This document shows positions 12,281 to 24,978 of a stretch of DNA of 64,000 nucleotides, piece by piece (positions within the stretch are counted from its first letter, which is position 1; each line of letters begins with the position of its first letter). The DNA comes from Tubulanus polymorphus (taxonomy: Eukaryota > Animalia > Nemertea): NCBI RefSeq assembly GCF_964204645.1, contig NC_134026.1, positions 15,472,150 through 15,536,149 of the forward strand, written 5' to 3'. The position numbers and the translations under genes were made by a program. The notes beneath the pieces are model-generated. The model saw only the letters and a list, made by a program, of their open reading frames with translations, made no database searches and had not been told where the DNA came from.

Positions 12281-13665
12281 TTAAGGTCGATTTGGAAATT
12301 TACTCGGTCAGGTATATGTTGGATTACTGTGTATGCTATTTGTCAGGACAATAAACAGAAGACAACTCAGGATACTACCATGCGTGACTCCACTAGTTAG
12401 ATCGACTTATTCCAAGATGAGGTGTTCCGTTGATTTCGGCTACAAGTTTTCGTTCAGAGATAACTGCTGAGCCATTTGAGCGACCTATCATGGATACTGT
12501 TTCCTAATAGCCTGTTTAGTAATGGTTGATGTTGTGCATTATCAAATGCTTCGTCGAAATCCACCGTTGAACAGGATTCTAAGACTGTGCAGAAAACCCG
12601 TTATCGCTGCTTTGCAGTTATATTTATTATTATTTTCTTCCACACTATTTTTACCAAAAGAACATGGGCTTTGTTACCTTACCGCTGTTTCATATACAAT
12701 CCATATAATATCGTTCAGCTCACCGAGATCTACAAATAGCCCGCGTGTTTTTTCACGAATCATCGTTACAAAAGCGCTGTCGGGCTGTAAACATCGAAAA
12801 TTTAGCCCCATTCAATGGGGCGACATGTTTTTCGAGTTGTCATCCCGAAATCAACCCGCAGGCCGACTGTCACTTCGATTATCAATTCAAGTATAAATGA
12901 ACTAATTTATTGCCGCAGACTTCACATTCAGTCGCGGTCTTCAAACAGTGATTTTAACAATAGCCCATTTTTCTCATCAAATCATATTACCGATACACTG
13001 GAAATTTACTACTTTAGATTTTAAAAGCACTGTCGTGCCGTAAACATCGATGAATCGACATGTGTTACTACATCGACGTTCCGGGGATGAGCTGCGAGTT
13101 TCTCCTCATCATGAGAATCAAATCGAGTACAAATTAATTTATTACTACCAGTGATTTGGCTGCGGGTTTCAAGGAGTTAGTTTAACAATACCTATATTTC
13201 TTTACCGAATTAACCGTGTATTTACTAAGATAAATCTTTAGTGTACCGGGCAATCGTAGGCCTAAACTAAACAGGCCGAAGAGATATGGCGGAGAAAAGC
13301 TGTTATGTCGACGAGGTATCAAAATAAAAGAATATATTACTTTATTCGGCCGCGGGCTTCACCCATTTATCAATACTGTATATTTCCTACAGTACATACC
13401 GATCATTGTCAAATGCACAAGGTATTTACTAAATACAAGTATATAACACACTCCTATCCGTATGCTGGACTCACACTTGACATTCGGAGTAAGCGTTCGC
13501 TGTGGGGGAAAGGTGATCGTTCGCTGTGTCGCTTGAAGTGTTTATCGAGTTTTACGCGACCTTAAGGCTTTTGTATGGTGGCTGATAAGATAAAAAAAAA
13601 CACGAATATGCAAATGAGGGCGACATTACGACAAAACGACAAAACTAAAATAACGCGAGAAAACA
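12260..13665 (+). repeat. Non-coding block A, copy 1
   Basis: Highly similar to 17294-19010 and to 22020-22398. Confidence 0.9.
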
Positions 13666-14510
13666 ATGATTTTGATTTTTTCGCCCGCGGAAATTCAATA
13701 TTTTGGTTTTATTGCCCACGACAATTCACTACTTTGGTTTTATCGCCAGCGACAATTCATTATTTTGGTTTTGTCGCCCGCGACAATTCATTATTTTGGT
13801 TTTATATTTTGTTTTTGTCACCCGCGACAATTTTTTTCTTGGTTTTATCGCCTGCGACAATTCAATATTTTGGTTTTATCGCCCGCGATAATTCATTATT
13901 TTGGTTTTATCGCCCGCGACAATTCATTATTTTGGTTTTATCGCCCGCGACAATTCATTATTTTGGTTTTATATTTTGTTTTTGTCGCTCGCGACAATTT
14001 TTTTTTTTGGTTTTGTCGCCCGCGACAATTCATTATTTTTGTTTTATCGCCTGCGACAATTCATTATTACGGTTTTATCGCCCGCGACAATTCATTATTT
14101 TGGTTTTGTCGCCCGCGACAATTCACCATTTTGACACCCGCGACAATTCATTATTTTGGTTTTATCGCCCGCGACAATTCATTATTTTGGTTTTATCGCC
14201 CGCGACAATTCATTATTTTGGTTTTGTCGCCCCGACAATTGTTCTTTTGGTTTTGTCGCCCGCGACAATTCAATATTTTGGTTTTGTCGCCCGCGACAAT
14301 TCATTATTTTGGTTTAATCGCCCGCGACAATTCAATATTTTGGTTTTATCGCCCGCGATAATTCATTATTTTGGTTTTATCGCCCGCGACAATTCAATAT
14401 TTTGGTTTTATCGCCCGCGATAATTCATTATTTTGGTTTTATCGCCCGCGACAATTCATTATTTTGGTTTTGTCGCACGAGACAATTCATTATTTTGGTT
14501 TTGTCGCCCG
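13666..14510 (+). repeat. 31-bp satellite array 2
   Basis: Same consensus as array 1. Confidence 0.95.
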
Positions 14511-15627
14511 AAGAAAATTTTGAAGACGCTTTGATCAATTACCTTGATCTTTCGTTTATATTTGAATCTACCAAAGGCCCATCAGCATAAGAAAATTGGG
14601 TCGATCTGACTCAAGATGGCCGTCCTATGACCTTTTTAGTGCCCAAAAATGTCAATTTTGGCCAGAATTCTAGGTCCTGTAGCTTCCTACTGGTTTGCCA
14701 TTTCTCATTGCAATTGCTGATGGATATTCTTTAGAGAGAGATGTTTTATACCTGGGACAGGTATTTTTGATCAGCCAATTATGACGCAATTGGCGGCCAT
14801 CTTGATGTCATCAGTACTCATTCGTAGGTGGGAAAATGTTTTTCCACAATTAATTGATACCTAAGCATATTGTGTTACTATATTCAATTGGGAAGTTGTA
14901 GCCCATAACGTGTTCTATGATTTTGGTGAGTTGATACAAGGTCATTGGTTCTTGTATGTGGCCATCAGGGGGCGTTGAATAATACAATAACTTAGTATTG
15001 CTATGTTATATTTGTACCAAGGCATATTTTGTTACCATGGCAAAGTTGTAGTTCATGACATCGTCTATGATTGTGGTGAGTTTTTAAGGACATTAGTTAT
15101 TCCATATAGTCACCAGGGGGCGTTGAATAGTAGAAAAGCTTAGTTTTTCCTTATTAGATTGGTACTTAGGCATAGTTTGTTACCATGATCCATTGCAAAG
15201 TTGTAGTTCATGACATCGTCTATGGTTGTGGTGAGTTTCTAAGGACATTAGTTATTCCATATAGTCACCAGGGGGCGCTGAATAGTAGAATGGCTTAGTA
15301 TTTCCTTATTAGATTGGTACGTAGGCATATTTTGTTACTATGATCAATTGCAAAGTTGTATTTCATGACATGTACTACGATTGTGGTGAGTTTTAAGGTC
15401 ATTGGGTTTTGCATATGGTCACCAGGGGTCGTTGAATAGTAGAATAACTTAGTATTTCCATATTAAATTACAAAATCCTAGCTGCTCACATGTTCTATGA
15501 TTGTGGTGGGTTTCAAGGTCATTGGTTTTTGTATATGGTCACTAGAGGGCGTTATGTATTGAAATTGTTAGATTGTTGAGCATTTGAAACCACTGCCCAA
15601 GTGAGCATGGTGTCCCTGGACCCCTAG
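14511..15627 (+). mobile_element. 5'-truncated Helentron-type non-autonomous element (HINE/pearl-like), copy 1
   Basis: Matches the 3' part of 20306-21715; ~140-bp core repeats; ends CCCAAGTGAG...GACCCCTAG followed by TTT. Confidence 0.75.
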
Positions 15628-15904
15628 TTTGGTTTTGTCGCCCGCGACAATTCTTCTTTTTGGTGTTGTCGCCCGCGACAATTCATGGTTTTGGTTTTAT
15701 ATTTTGTTTTAGCCGCCCGCGACAATTTTTTTTTTGGTTTTGTCGCCCACGACAATTCAATATTTTGGTTTTATCGCCCGCGACAATTCATTATTTTGGT
15801 TTTGTCACCCGAGAAAATTCATCATTTTGGTTTTATCGCCCGCGACAATTCATTATTTTGGTTTTGTCGCACGAGACAATTCATTATTTTGGTTTTGTCG
15901 CCCG
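15628..15904 (+). repeat. 31-bp satellite array 3
   Basis: Same consensus. Confidence 0.95.
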
Positions 15905-17018
15905 AAGAAAATTTTGAAGACGCTTTGATCAATTACCTTGATCTTTCGTTTATATTTGAATCTACCAAAGGCCCATCAGCATAAGAAAATTGGGTCGATC
16001 TGACTCAAGATGGCCGTCCTATGACCTTTTTAGTGCCCAAAAATGTCAATTTTGGCCAGAATTCTAGGTCCTGTAGCTTCCTACTGGTTTGCCATTTCTC
16101 ATTGCAATTGCTGATGGATATTCTTTAGAGAGGGATGTTTTATACCTGGGACAGGTATTTTTGATCAGCCAATTATGACGCAATTGGCGGCCATCTTGAT
16201 GTCATCAGTACTCATTCGTAGGTGGGAAAATGTTTTTCCACAATTAATTGATACCTAAGCATATTGTGTTACTATATTCAATTGGGAAGTTGTAGCCCAT
16301 AACGTTTTCTATGATTTTGGTGAGTTTCAAGGTCATTGGTTTTTGTATGTGGCCATCAGGGGGCGTTGAATAATACAATAACTTAGTATCGCTATGTTAT
16401 ATTTGTACCAAGGCATATTTTGTTACCATGGCAAAGTTGTAGTTCATGACATCGTCTATGATTGTGGTGAGTTTTTAAGGACATTAGTTATTCCATATAG
16501 TCACCAGGGGGCGTTGAATAGTAGAAAAGCTTAGTTTTTCCTTATTAGATTGGTACTTAGGCATAGTTTGTTACCATGATCCATTGCAAAGTTGTAGTTC
16601 ATGACATCGTCTATGATTGTGGTGAGTTTTTAAGGACATTAGTTATTCCATATAGTCACCAGGGGGCGCTGAATAGTAGAATGGCTTAGTATTTCCTTAT
16701 TAGATTGGTACGTAGGCATATTTTGTTACTATGATCAATTGCAAAGTTGTATTTCATGACATGTACTACGATTGTGGTGAGTTTTAAGGTCATTGGGTTT
16801 TGCATATGGTCACCAGGGGTCGTTGAATAGTAGAATAACTTAGTATTTCCATATTAAATTACAAAATCCTAGCTGCTGACATGTTCTATGATTGTGGTGG
16901 GTTTCAAGGTCATTGGTTTTTGTATATGGTCACTAGAGGGCGTTATGTATTGAAATTGTTAGATTGTTGAGCATTTGAAACCACTGCCCAAGTGAGCATG
17001 GTGTCCCTGGACCCCTAG
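15905..17018 (+). mobile_element. 5'-truncated HINE-like element, copy 2
   Basis: Nearly identical to 14511-15627, including the same truncation junction. Confidence 0.75.
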
Positions 17019-17293
17019 TTTGGTTTTGTCGCCCGCGACAATTCATTATTTTGGTTTTGTCGCATGCAACAATTCAATAGTTTGTTTTTGTCGTCCGCGA
17101 CAATTCATTATTTTGGTTTTATCGCCCGCAACAATTCAATATTTTGGTTTTAACGCCCGCGCGACAATTCATTATTTTGGTTTTATCGCCCGCGACAATT
17201 CATTATTTTTGTTTTGTCGCCCGTGACAATTCAATATTTTGGATTTGTCACCCGCAACAATTCATAATTTTGGTTTCGTCGCCCGTGGTTTTG
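17019..17293 (+). repeat. 31-bp satellite array 4
   Basis: Same consensus. Confidence 0.95.
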
Positions 17294-19010
17294 TCGGAAC
17301 ATTAAGTTTTTGGTCGAACAGTGTGTTAAGGTTGTTTTGGAAATTTACTCGGTCTGGTATATTTTGGATTACTGTGTATGTCATTTGTCAGGACATTAAA
17401 CAGAAGACGACTTAGGATACTACCTTGCGTGACTCCACTAGTTAGACCGTCTCATTCCAAGATGAGGCATTCCGTTGATTTCGGTTACAAGTTCCCGTTC
17501 AGAGATAACTGCTGTGCCATTTGGGCGACCTATCATTGATACTGTTTCCTAATAGCCTGTTCAGTAATGGCTGATGTTGAGCCTTATCAAATGCTTTGTT
17601 GAAATCCACCGTTGAACAGGATTCTAAGACTGTGCAGAAAACCCGTTATCGCTGCTTTGCAGCTATATTTATTATTATTTTCTTCCACACTATTTCTACC
17701 AAAAGAACATAGGCTTTGTTACCTTACCACTGTTTCATATACAATCCATATAATATCGTTCTGCTCACTGAGATCTACAAATAGCCCGCGTGTTTTTTCA
17801 CGAATCATCGTTACAAAAGCGCTGTCGGGCCGTAAACATCGAAAATTTAGCCCCATTCAATGGGGCGACATGTTTTTCGAGTCGTCATCCCGAAATCAAC
17901 CCGCAGGCCGACTGTCACTTCGATTATCAATTCAAGTATAAATGAACTAATTTATTGCCGCAGACTTCAAATTCAGTCGCGGTCTTCAAACAGTGATTTT
18001 AACAATAGCCCATTTTCCTCATCGAATCATATTACCGATACACTGGAAATTTACTACTTAAGATTTTAAAAGCACAGTCGAGCCGTAAACATCGACGAAT
18101 CGACGTGTGTTACTACATCGTCGTTCCGGGGATCAGCTGCGAGTTTCTCCTCATCATGAGAATCAAATCGAGTACAAATTAATTTATTACTACCAGTGAT
18201 TTGGCTGCGGGTTTCAAGGAGTTAGTATAACAATACCTATTTTTCTTTACCGAATTAACCGTGTATTTACTAAGATAAATCTTTAGTGTACCGGGCAATC
18301 GTAGGCCTAAACTAAACACGCCGAAGAGATATAGCGGAGAAAAGCTGTTATGTCGACGAGGTATCAAAATAAAAGAATATATTACTTTATTCGGCCGCGG
18401 GCTTCAACCTCTATATCAATACCATCAATACTCTATATTTCCTACAGTACATACCGATCATTGTCAAATGCACAAGGTATTTACTAAATACAAGTATATA
18501 ACACACTCCTATCCGTATGCTGGACTGACTTGACATTCGGAGTAAGCGTTCGCTGTGGGGGAAAGGGATCCTCCGCTGTGTCGCTTGAAGTGTTTATCGA
18601 GTTTGACGCGGCTTTAGGCCTACCGGTACTGAGCTTTACTGTATCAAACAAACACAGTACAATTGTTGCGTTTATTAACGGAGTCATTGGATTGAACTTC
18701 AAAACAAAATTTACGATATTTAGGTGGGTTGTTAAATTCAATAGGCCTACGACCAATCTGTCCGGATGTTAGGCCTACGCATATACATAGGCCTACATAG
18801 GCTAGTAGCCTCTACTAGGTTAAGCGTTCGCTGTAGGGGAAAGGAGATCGTTCGCTGTGTCGCTTGAAGTGTTTATCGAGTTTTACGCGACCTTAAGGCT
18901 TTAGTATGGTGGCTGATAAGGTCCATGCGTAAAAAAAACACGTATATGCAAATGAGTGCGACGTTATGACAAAAGCACAAAACTAAAATAACGCGACAAA
19001 ACAATAATTT
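17294..19010 (+). repeat. Non-coding block A, copy 2 (longest)
   Basis: Matches copy 1 plus ~300 bp between two AAGCGTTCGCTGT direct repeats. Confidence 0.9.
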
Positions 19011-20300
19011 GGTTTTGTCGCCTGCGACAATTCATTATTTCGGTTTTATCGCCCGCGACAACTCATTATTTTGATTTTATCGCCAGCGACAATTCATTAA
19101 TTTGGTTTTGTCATCCGCGACAAATCAATATTTTGGTTTTGTCGCCCACGACAATTCAATATTTTGGTTTTATCGCCCGCGACAATTCATTATTTTGGTT
19201 TTATCGCCCGCGACAATTCATTATTTTGGTTGTTTTTTGTCGCGGTTTTATCGCCCGCAACAATTCATTATTTTGGTTTTATCGCCCGCAACAATTCATT
19301 AGTTTGGTTTTGTCGCCCGCGACAATTCAATATTTTGGTTTTGTCGCCCGCGACAATTCAAGATTTTGGTTTTATCGCCCGCGACAATTAAATATTTTGG
19401 TTTTATCGCCCGCGACAATTCATTAATTTGGTTTTGTCACCCGCGACAAATCAGTATTTTGGTTTTGTCGCCCACGCCAATTCAATTTTTTGGTTTTATC
19501 GCCCGCGACAATTCATTGTTTTGGTTTTATCGCCCGCGACAATCCATTAGTTTGGTTTTTGTCGCCCGCGACAATTCAATATTTTGGTTTTATCGCCCGC
19601 GACAATTCGTTACTTTGGTTTTATCCCCAGCGACAATTCGTTATTTTGGTTTTGTCGCCCGCGACAATTCTTCTTTTTGGATTTGTCGCCCGAGACAATT
19701 CATTATTTTTTTTTAAATATTTTGTTATTGTCGTCCGCGACAATTTTTTTTTGGTTTTGTTGCCCGCGACAATTCAATATTTTGTTTTTATCGCCCGCGA
19801 CAATTCATTACTTTGGTTTTATCTCCAGCGACAATTCATTATTTTGGTTTTGTTGCCCGCGACAATTCATTATTTTGGTTTAATCGCCCGCAACAATTCA
19901 TTATTTTGGTTTTATCGCTCGCGACAATTCATTATTTTGGTTTTGTCGCACGTGACAATTAAATATTATGTTTTTGTCGCCCGAGACAATTCATTATTTT
20001 GGTTTTATCGCCCGCGACAATTCATAGTTTGGTTTTATCGCCCGCGACAATTCATTAGTTTGGTTTTGTCGCCCGCGACGATTCAATATTTTGGTTTTGT
20101 CGCCCGCGACGATTCAATATTTTGGTTTTATCACCCGCGACAATTCAATATTTTTGTTTTATCGCCCGCGACAATTCATAGTTTGGTTTTATCGCCCCCG
20201 ACAATTCATTAGTTTCGTTTTGTCGCCCGTGACAATTCAATATTTTCGTTTTATCACCCGCGACAATTCATTAGTTTGATTTTGTCGCCCGTGACAATTC
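19011..20300 (+). repeat. 31-bp satellite array 5
   Basis: Same consensus. Confidence 0.95.
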
Positions 20301-20305
20301 TTTTT

Positions 20306-21715
20306 CAGTCCACTTGGGACTTAAGTCCCAGCGGGCTATTGCGTTCACTTTTCGTCCGTCCGTCCGTCCATAGACGGAATCCAGTTATTTCGGGAAGTTT
20401 TGAAGACGCTTCAAGGTAATGTCTTGATATTTGGTTTATTAATGTATCTACCCTAGACACATCGTCAGCCCAAAAACTGGCCCTGTCAGATTCAAGATGG
20501 TCGACTGGCAGCCATTGTTGTTTGCCATAATCAGCACTTTTTAAACATTTTCGAAGTTTTCGTGGGAAATTTTGAAGACGCTTTGATCAATTACCTTGAT
20601 CCTTCGTTTATATTTGAATCTACCACAGGCCCATCAGCATAAGAAAATTGGGTCGATCTGACTCAAGATGGCCGTCCTATGACCTTTTTAGTGCCCAAAA
20701 ATGTCAATTTTGGCCAGAATTCTAGGTCCTGTAGCTTCCTACTGGTTTGCCATTTCTCATTGCAACTGCTGATGGGTATTCTTTAGAGAGGGATGTTTTA
20801 TACCTGGGACAGGTATTTTGATCAGCCAATTATGACGCAATTGGCGGCCATCTTGGTGTCATCAGTACTCATTCGTAGGTGGGAAAAAGTTTTTCCACAT
20901 TAAATTGATACCTAAGCATATTGTGTTACTATATTCAATTGGACAGTTGTAGCCCATAACGTGTTCTATGATTTGGTGAGTTTCAAGGTCATTGGTTTTT
21001 GTATGTGGCCATCAGGGGGCGTTGAATAATACAATAACTTAGTATCGCTATATTATATTTGTACCAAGGCATATTTTGTTACCATGATCAATTGCAAAGT
21101 TGTAGTTCATGACATCCTCTATGATTGTGGTGAGTTTTTAAGGACATTAGTTATTCCATATAGTCACCAGGGGGCGTTGAATAGTAGAAAAGCTTAGTTT
21201 TTCCTTATTAGATTGGTACCTAGGCATAGTTTGTTACCATGATCCATTGTTAAGTTGTAGTTCATGACATCGTCTATGATTGTGGTGAGTTTTTAAGGAC
21301 ATTAGTTATTCCATATAGTCACCAGGGGGCGCTGAATAGTAGAATGGCTTAGTATTTCCTTATTAGATTGGTACCTAGGCATATTTTGTTACTATGATCA
21401 ATTGCAAAATTGTATTTCATGACATGTACTACGATTGTGGTGAGTTTTAAGGTCATTGGGTTTTGCATATGGTCACCAGAGGGTGTTGAATAGTAGAATA
21501 ACTTCGTATTTCCATATTAAATTGGTAACGAGGCATATTTTGTTATCACAATCAATTACAAAATCATAGCCGCTCACATGTTCTATGATTGTGGTGGGTT
21601 TCAAGGTCATTGGTTTTTGTATATGGTCACTAGAGGGCGTTATGTATTTAAATTGTTAGATAGTTGAGCATTTGAAACCACTTCCCAAGTGAGCATGGTG
21701 TCCCTGGACCCCTAG
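20306..21715 (+). mobile_element. Full-length Helentron-type non-autonomous element (HINE/DINE-1/pearl-like)
   Basis: Inserted in a T-run; 5' subterminal repeat CACTTGGG with hairpin GGGACTTAAGTCCC, (GTCC)n microsatellite, ~140-bp core tandem repeats, 3' CCCAAGTG and CTAG-TTT end. Confidence 0.8.
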
Positions 21716-22020
21716 TTTGGTTTTGTCGCCCGCGACAATTCATTATTTTGGTTTTGTCGCACGCAACAATTCATTATTTTGTTTTTGCCGTCCGCGACAA
21801 TTCATTATTTTGGTTTTATCGCCCGCGACGATTCAATATTTTGGTTTTAACGCCCGCGACAATTCAGTATTGTGGTTTTATCGCCTGCGACAATTCATTA
21901 TTTTGGTTTTATCGCCCGCGACAATTCATTATTTTTGTTTTGTCACCCGTGACAATTCAATATTTTGGTTTTGTCACCCGCGACAATTCATAATTTTGGT
22001 TTTGTCGCCCGTGGTTTTGT
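21716..22020 (+). repeat. 31-bp satellite array 6
   Basis: Same consensus. Confidence 0.95.
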
Positions 22021-22398
22021 CGGAACATTAAGTTTTTTGGTCGAACAGTGTGTTAAGGTAGTTTTGGAAATTTACTCGGTCTGGTATATTTTGGATTACT
22101 GTGTATGTCATTTGTCAGGAGATTAAACAGAAGACGACTTAGGATACAACCTTGCGTGACTCCACTAGTTAGACCGTCTCATTCCAAGATGAGGAGTTCT
22201 GTTGATTTCGGTTACAAGTTTCCGTTCAGAGATAACTGCTGAGCCATTTGGGCGACCTATCATTGAAACTGTTTCCTAATAGCCTGTTTAGTAATGGCTG
22301 ATGTTGAGCCTTATCAAATGCTTTGTTGAAATCCACCGTTGAACAGGATTCTAAGACTGTGCAGAAAACCCGTTATCGCTGCTTTGCAGCTATATTTA
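22020..22398 (+). repeat. Non-coding block A, copy 3, truncated at the Polinton junction
   Basis: Matches 17294-17670, then switches abruptly to Polinton sequence just outside the capsid stop codon. Confidence 0.9.
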
Positions 22399-22409
22399 AA
22401 GTTAAAATT

Positions 22410-23657
22410 CTAATACATAACACTATTCAATTGAGAATTTACAATATTTAATTGCGCGTCAGATATAGTATAAATGTGCATTTTAAAATTTTTGATTCTT
22501 TTATTCTTTGTCATGAATAATTGTATTCCATCTTTAGTGTTCTGTAGTTTTTTTCCAGAACCATGTAATGAATTATCCTCTGTTGTTCTAAAATCTAACC
22601 ATAATGCATATTTATTACCGGTATAATAATCAATTTGATTAATATTACAATTTTCAGATGATTTTACTTTTTCATTCATAAAATGTTTTCTAATTTCTGG
22701 CCATTGATCTATCATTCTCATTCCTTGACAAAATATTTTATTTGCTATTCCTTCGATAGTTATTTCTACTTTTGTTATTTCAGGATTATAATAATTATCA
22801 ACATTTATTGCGCCATTAGTATATGTTGCAATGGTAAAAAATATTAATATACCTTTAATAGATCTTCTTGGGAAGTTAATATTCTCATTAATAATTTCAT
22901 CATTTGCATTAATAGTTACAGTTTTAAATGTATCAATATAATCATATAATAATGAAAATCCTTGATTGTATTTAGTTTGAATTATACTTGAAATATTTTC
23001 ATCAGTTACTGTATCATATTCTAAACATATATTCGATAATTTATAACTCATATCATTATTAACGCTAGATAATACAATTTCATTTACAGGAGCAAATGTT
23101 ATATCGAATATAACATCTTCTTGAATTGCGTATTTATATAAAGGTGCATTGTTATTTATCAATTCAAAGTCTAATGGAATTTTATATTTGCTTCCATATA
23201 TACTTTTTATCAATTTATCTATAGAATTAGTTAATATTGCATTATGTGCTTCTGATCTTAATTTATTTTGGTTTTCTGATTGGATTCCTTGAAATATCAT
23301 ATTATTTCTATTTTCTTTAGTTAACCATAAATCTTTATAATGCATAAATAAATTATAATCATCTAATGAGAAAACTGTTTCTGGACCAATCTTTAAAGTT
23401 AATTTTTTAATCAAATATCTTCCAACATTATCAACAACATAATTATTATTATTACCGATTACTTTTATATCGGCTGATAAATAAATACTATTTGGAACAT
23501 AAAAAGTATTTTGTGTTAATCGAGGAATTCTAACATATAAAGTTTCATCAGGATTAATGTTAGGAGGGTTATGAGTAATTATATGATGTGATCTTTCTGC
23601 TTTAATAGCATTAGATATTCTATGATTCTTAGAAGGATTGATGTAACTCCCACTCAT
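22410..23657 (-). CDS. Probable major capsid protein (double jelly-roll)
   Basis: Intact 415-aa beta-strand-rich ORF (ITHNPxxIxPxExLYVRIP, INFPRRSIKGILIFF, ALWLDFRT); size and position fit a Polinton MCP. Recognised from memory, not confirmed by search. Confidence 0.72.
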   Translation of the reverse strand: MSGSYINPSKNHRISNAIKAERSHHIITHNPPNINPDETLYVRIPRLTQNTFYVPNSIYLSADIKVIGNNNNYVVDNVGRYLIKKLTLKIGPETVFSLDDYNLFMHYKDLWLTKENRNNMIFQGIQSENQNKLRSEAHNAILTNSIDKLIKSIYGSKYKIPLDFELINNNAPLYKYAIQEDVIFDITFAPVNEIVLSSVNNDMSYKLSNICLEYDTVTDENISSIIQTKYNQGFSLLYDYIDTFKTVTINANDEIINENINFPRRSIKGILIFFTIATYTNGAINVDNYYNPEITKVEITIEGIANKIFCQGMRMIDQWPEIRKHFMNEKVKSSENCNINQIDYYTGNKYALWLDFRTTEDNSLHGSGKKLQNTKDGIQLFMTKNKRIKNFKMHIYTISDAQLNIVNSQLNSVMY

Positions 23658-23677
23658 TTATTTAACAAAAAAATTAA

Positions 23678-24961
23678 TTATTTATTTTTAAGCATGTTTA
23701 CTAACCCAAAAATAACAGCACTTACAACTGTAATTAAAAATAAAATAATATGTTCAGCAGCAAAGTTAATAATGTTTCCTGCAGATTTCAATATAAAACC
23801 AACAATTGATGCAACAATTCCTGGTAAAGCTGCAGCAGATTTTTTAGATAGTTCCCATAAAGATTTTGCTAATTTCTTTAAACCATCTTTAACTTTATCT
23901 TGTATAGAATTATTATCTGGGGGTTTATCCGGTTTATTGGGAGTAGGAGTAGATTTCAAAGCATTTGATATTGCTAAACCAATTGTTGTAAATAACATAG
24001 TTACAGCTGTTAGAATTGAAAGAATTGTTATTCCTTCTAATTTAAATAATAATCTTATTCTATCTTTCAATGATATTTTAGAATTTGGTTTTATCAACAA
24101 ATCTTTAACAACAACTTTTAATTTTTTAATATGATTAAGATCATATGATTTTAATAATGTATCTCTTTCTTTTTCCTGTAATTCTTTGTTATATTTTAAA
24201 TCATCTATTTCTTTTTCTAAAGCTAACTTTCTGCATTCATAATCAGCTTCCTCTATTACTTGAAGATTTTTATTTAATTCTAATTGTTTTAATTCTTCAT
24301 TTGCATTAGCTAATTCTTTTTCTAACATGGTTATTTTAGAAAATCCCATCTTAATATTAGCAATTTCACCAGCTGATATTTGTACACCTTTAATTTCTCT
24401 ACGTGCTTTTTCAGGAAATTGTTTTAATTCTTCATCAGTTAAATCAAGTAATCCTTTTTCTAGTAAAGATTGTATTTGATTTATTCCAGTTTCAGCACCA
24501 GATGTATCTGATATACTATTCATCTCTTCTTCTGAATCTCTTAATCTGTCAATTTGTTTTTCTAATGTTAGTTGTAATTGACTTGAATCATTATCAATTG
24601 GTTGAGTGTCTCTTCTCGATGTTTCTGGTGTTGAAGTTCTTAATTTATCTAATCGATTTGCAAAATCTTCATCAGTTTCTGGATCAACTTCAGTAGGATT
24701 TGGATTTGGATTTTTAAATGGTGAATATTTGTTTATATCAATATTAGGAATTGGTTCTTCTTTATTTATTCTATCGAGTGCATTCCATATAATTCTGAGA
24801 AATTCTCTACCACCTTTTGAACCTTCAATTGTAGATAATGCTCGCATTCCAGGTTCAAAAATATTTTCTTGACCCATTCTAGATAATTGAATTGTTACAA
24901 TATTCCTATTTAATTCAAGATTATAATACCATGAATCATTTTTAAATTCTAAATTATTCAT
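23678..24961 (-). CDS. Coiled-coil protein with C-terminal transmembrane segments
   Basis: Long Glu/Lys/Leu heptad region followed by two or three hydrophobic helices; probably frameshift-split from ORF 24979..25392. Confidence 0.75.
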   Translation of the reverse strand: MNNLEFKNDSWYYNLELNRNIVTIQLSRMGQENIFEPGMRALSTIEGSKGGREFLRIIWNALDRINKEEPIPNIDINKYSPFKNPNPNPTEVDPETDEDFANRLDKLRTSTPETSRRDTQPIDNDSSQLQLTLEKQIDRLRDSEEEMNSISDTSGAETGINQIQSLLEKGLLDLTDEELKQFPEKARREIKGVQISAGEIANIKMGFSKITMLEKELANANEELKQLELNKNLQVIEEADYECRKLALEKEIDDLKYNKELQEKERDTLLKSYDLNHIKKLKVVVKDLLIKPNSKISLKDRIRLLFKLEGITILSILTAVTMLFTTIGLAISNALKSTPTPNKPDKPPDNNSIQDKVKDGLKKLAKSLWELSKKSAAALPGIVASIVGFILKSAGNIINFAAEHIILFLITVVSAVIFGLVNMLKNK

Positions 24962-24978
24962 GTAAAATGGGTCATCTT

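Noticed and set aside
12522-18069. Duplicated ORFs in block A (12522..12896, 17612..17941 and neighbours)
   Set aside because: No recognisable motif, starts differ between copies, and the duplication explains their recurrence.
9420-22020. 31-bp arrays as a CRISPR-like array
   Set aside because: Units are head to tail with only a few variable bases, there are no unique spacers and no cas genes, and the context is eukaryotic.
9428-22031. Many ORFs reading VLSPATIHYFGFIARDNSLFWFYRPRQFIIL
   Set aside because: They are translations of a stop-poor 31-bp repeat, open in all three frames and mostly starting at TTG; not evidence of a protein.
23622-24872. Plus-strand ORFs opposite Polinton genes
   Set aside because: Antisense shadows of the longer minus-strand ORF.
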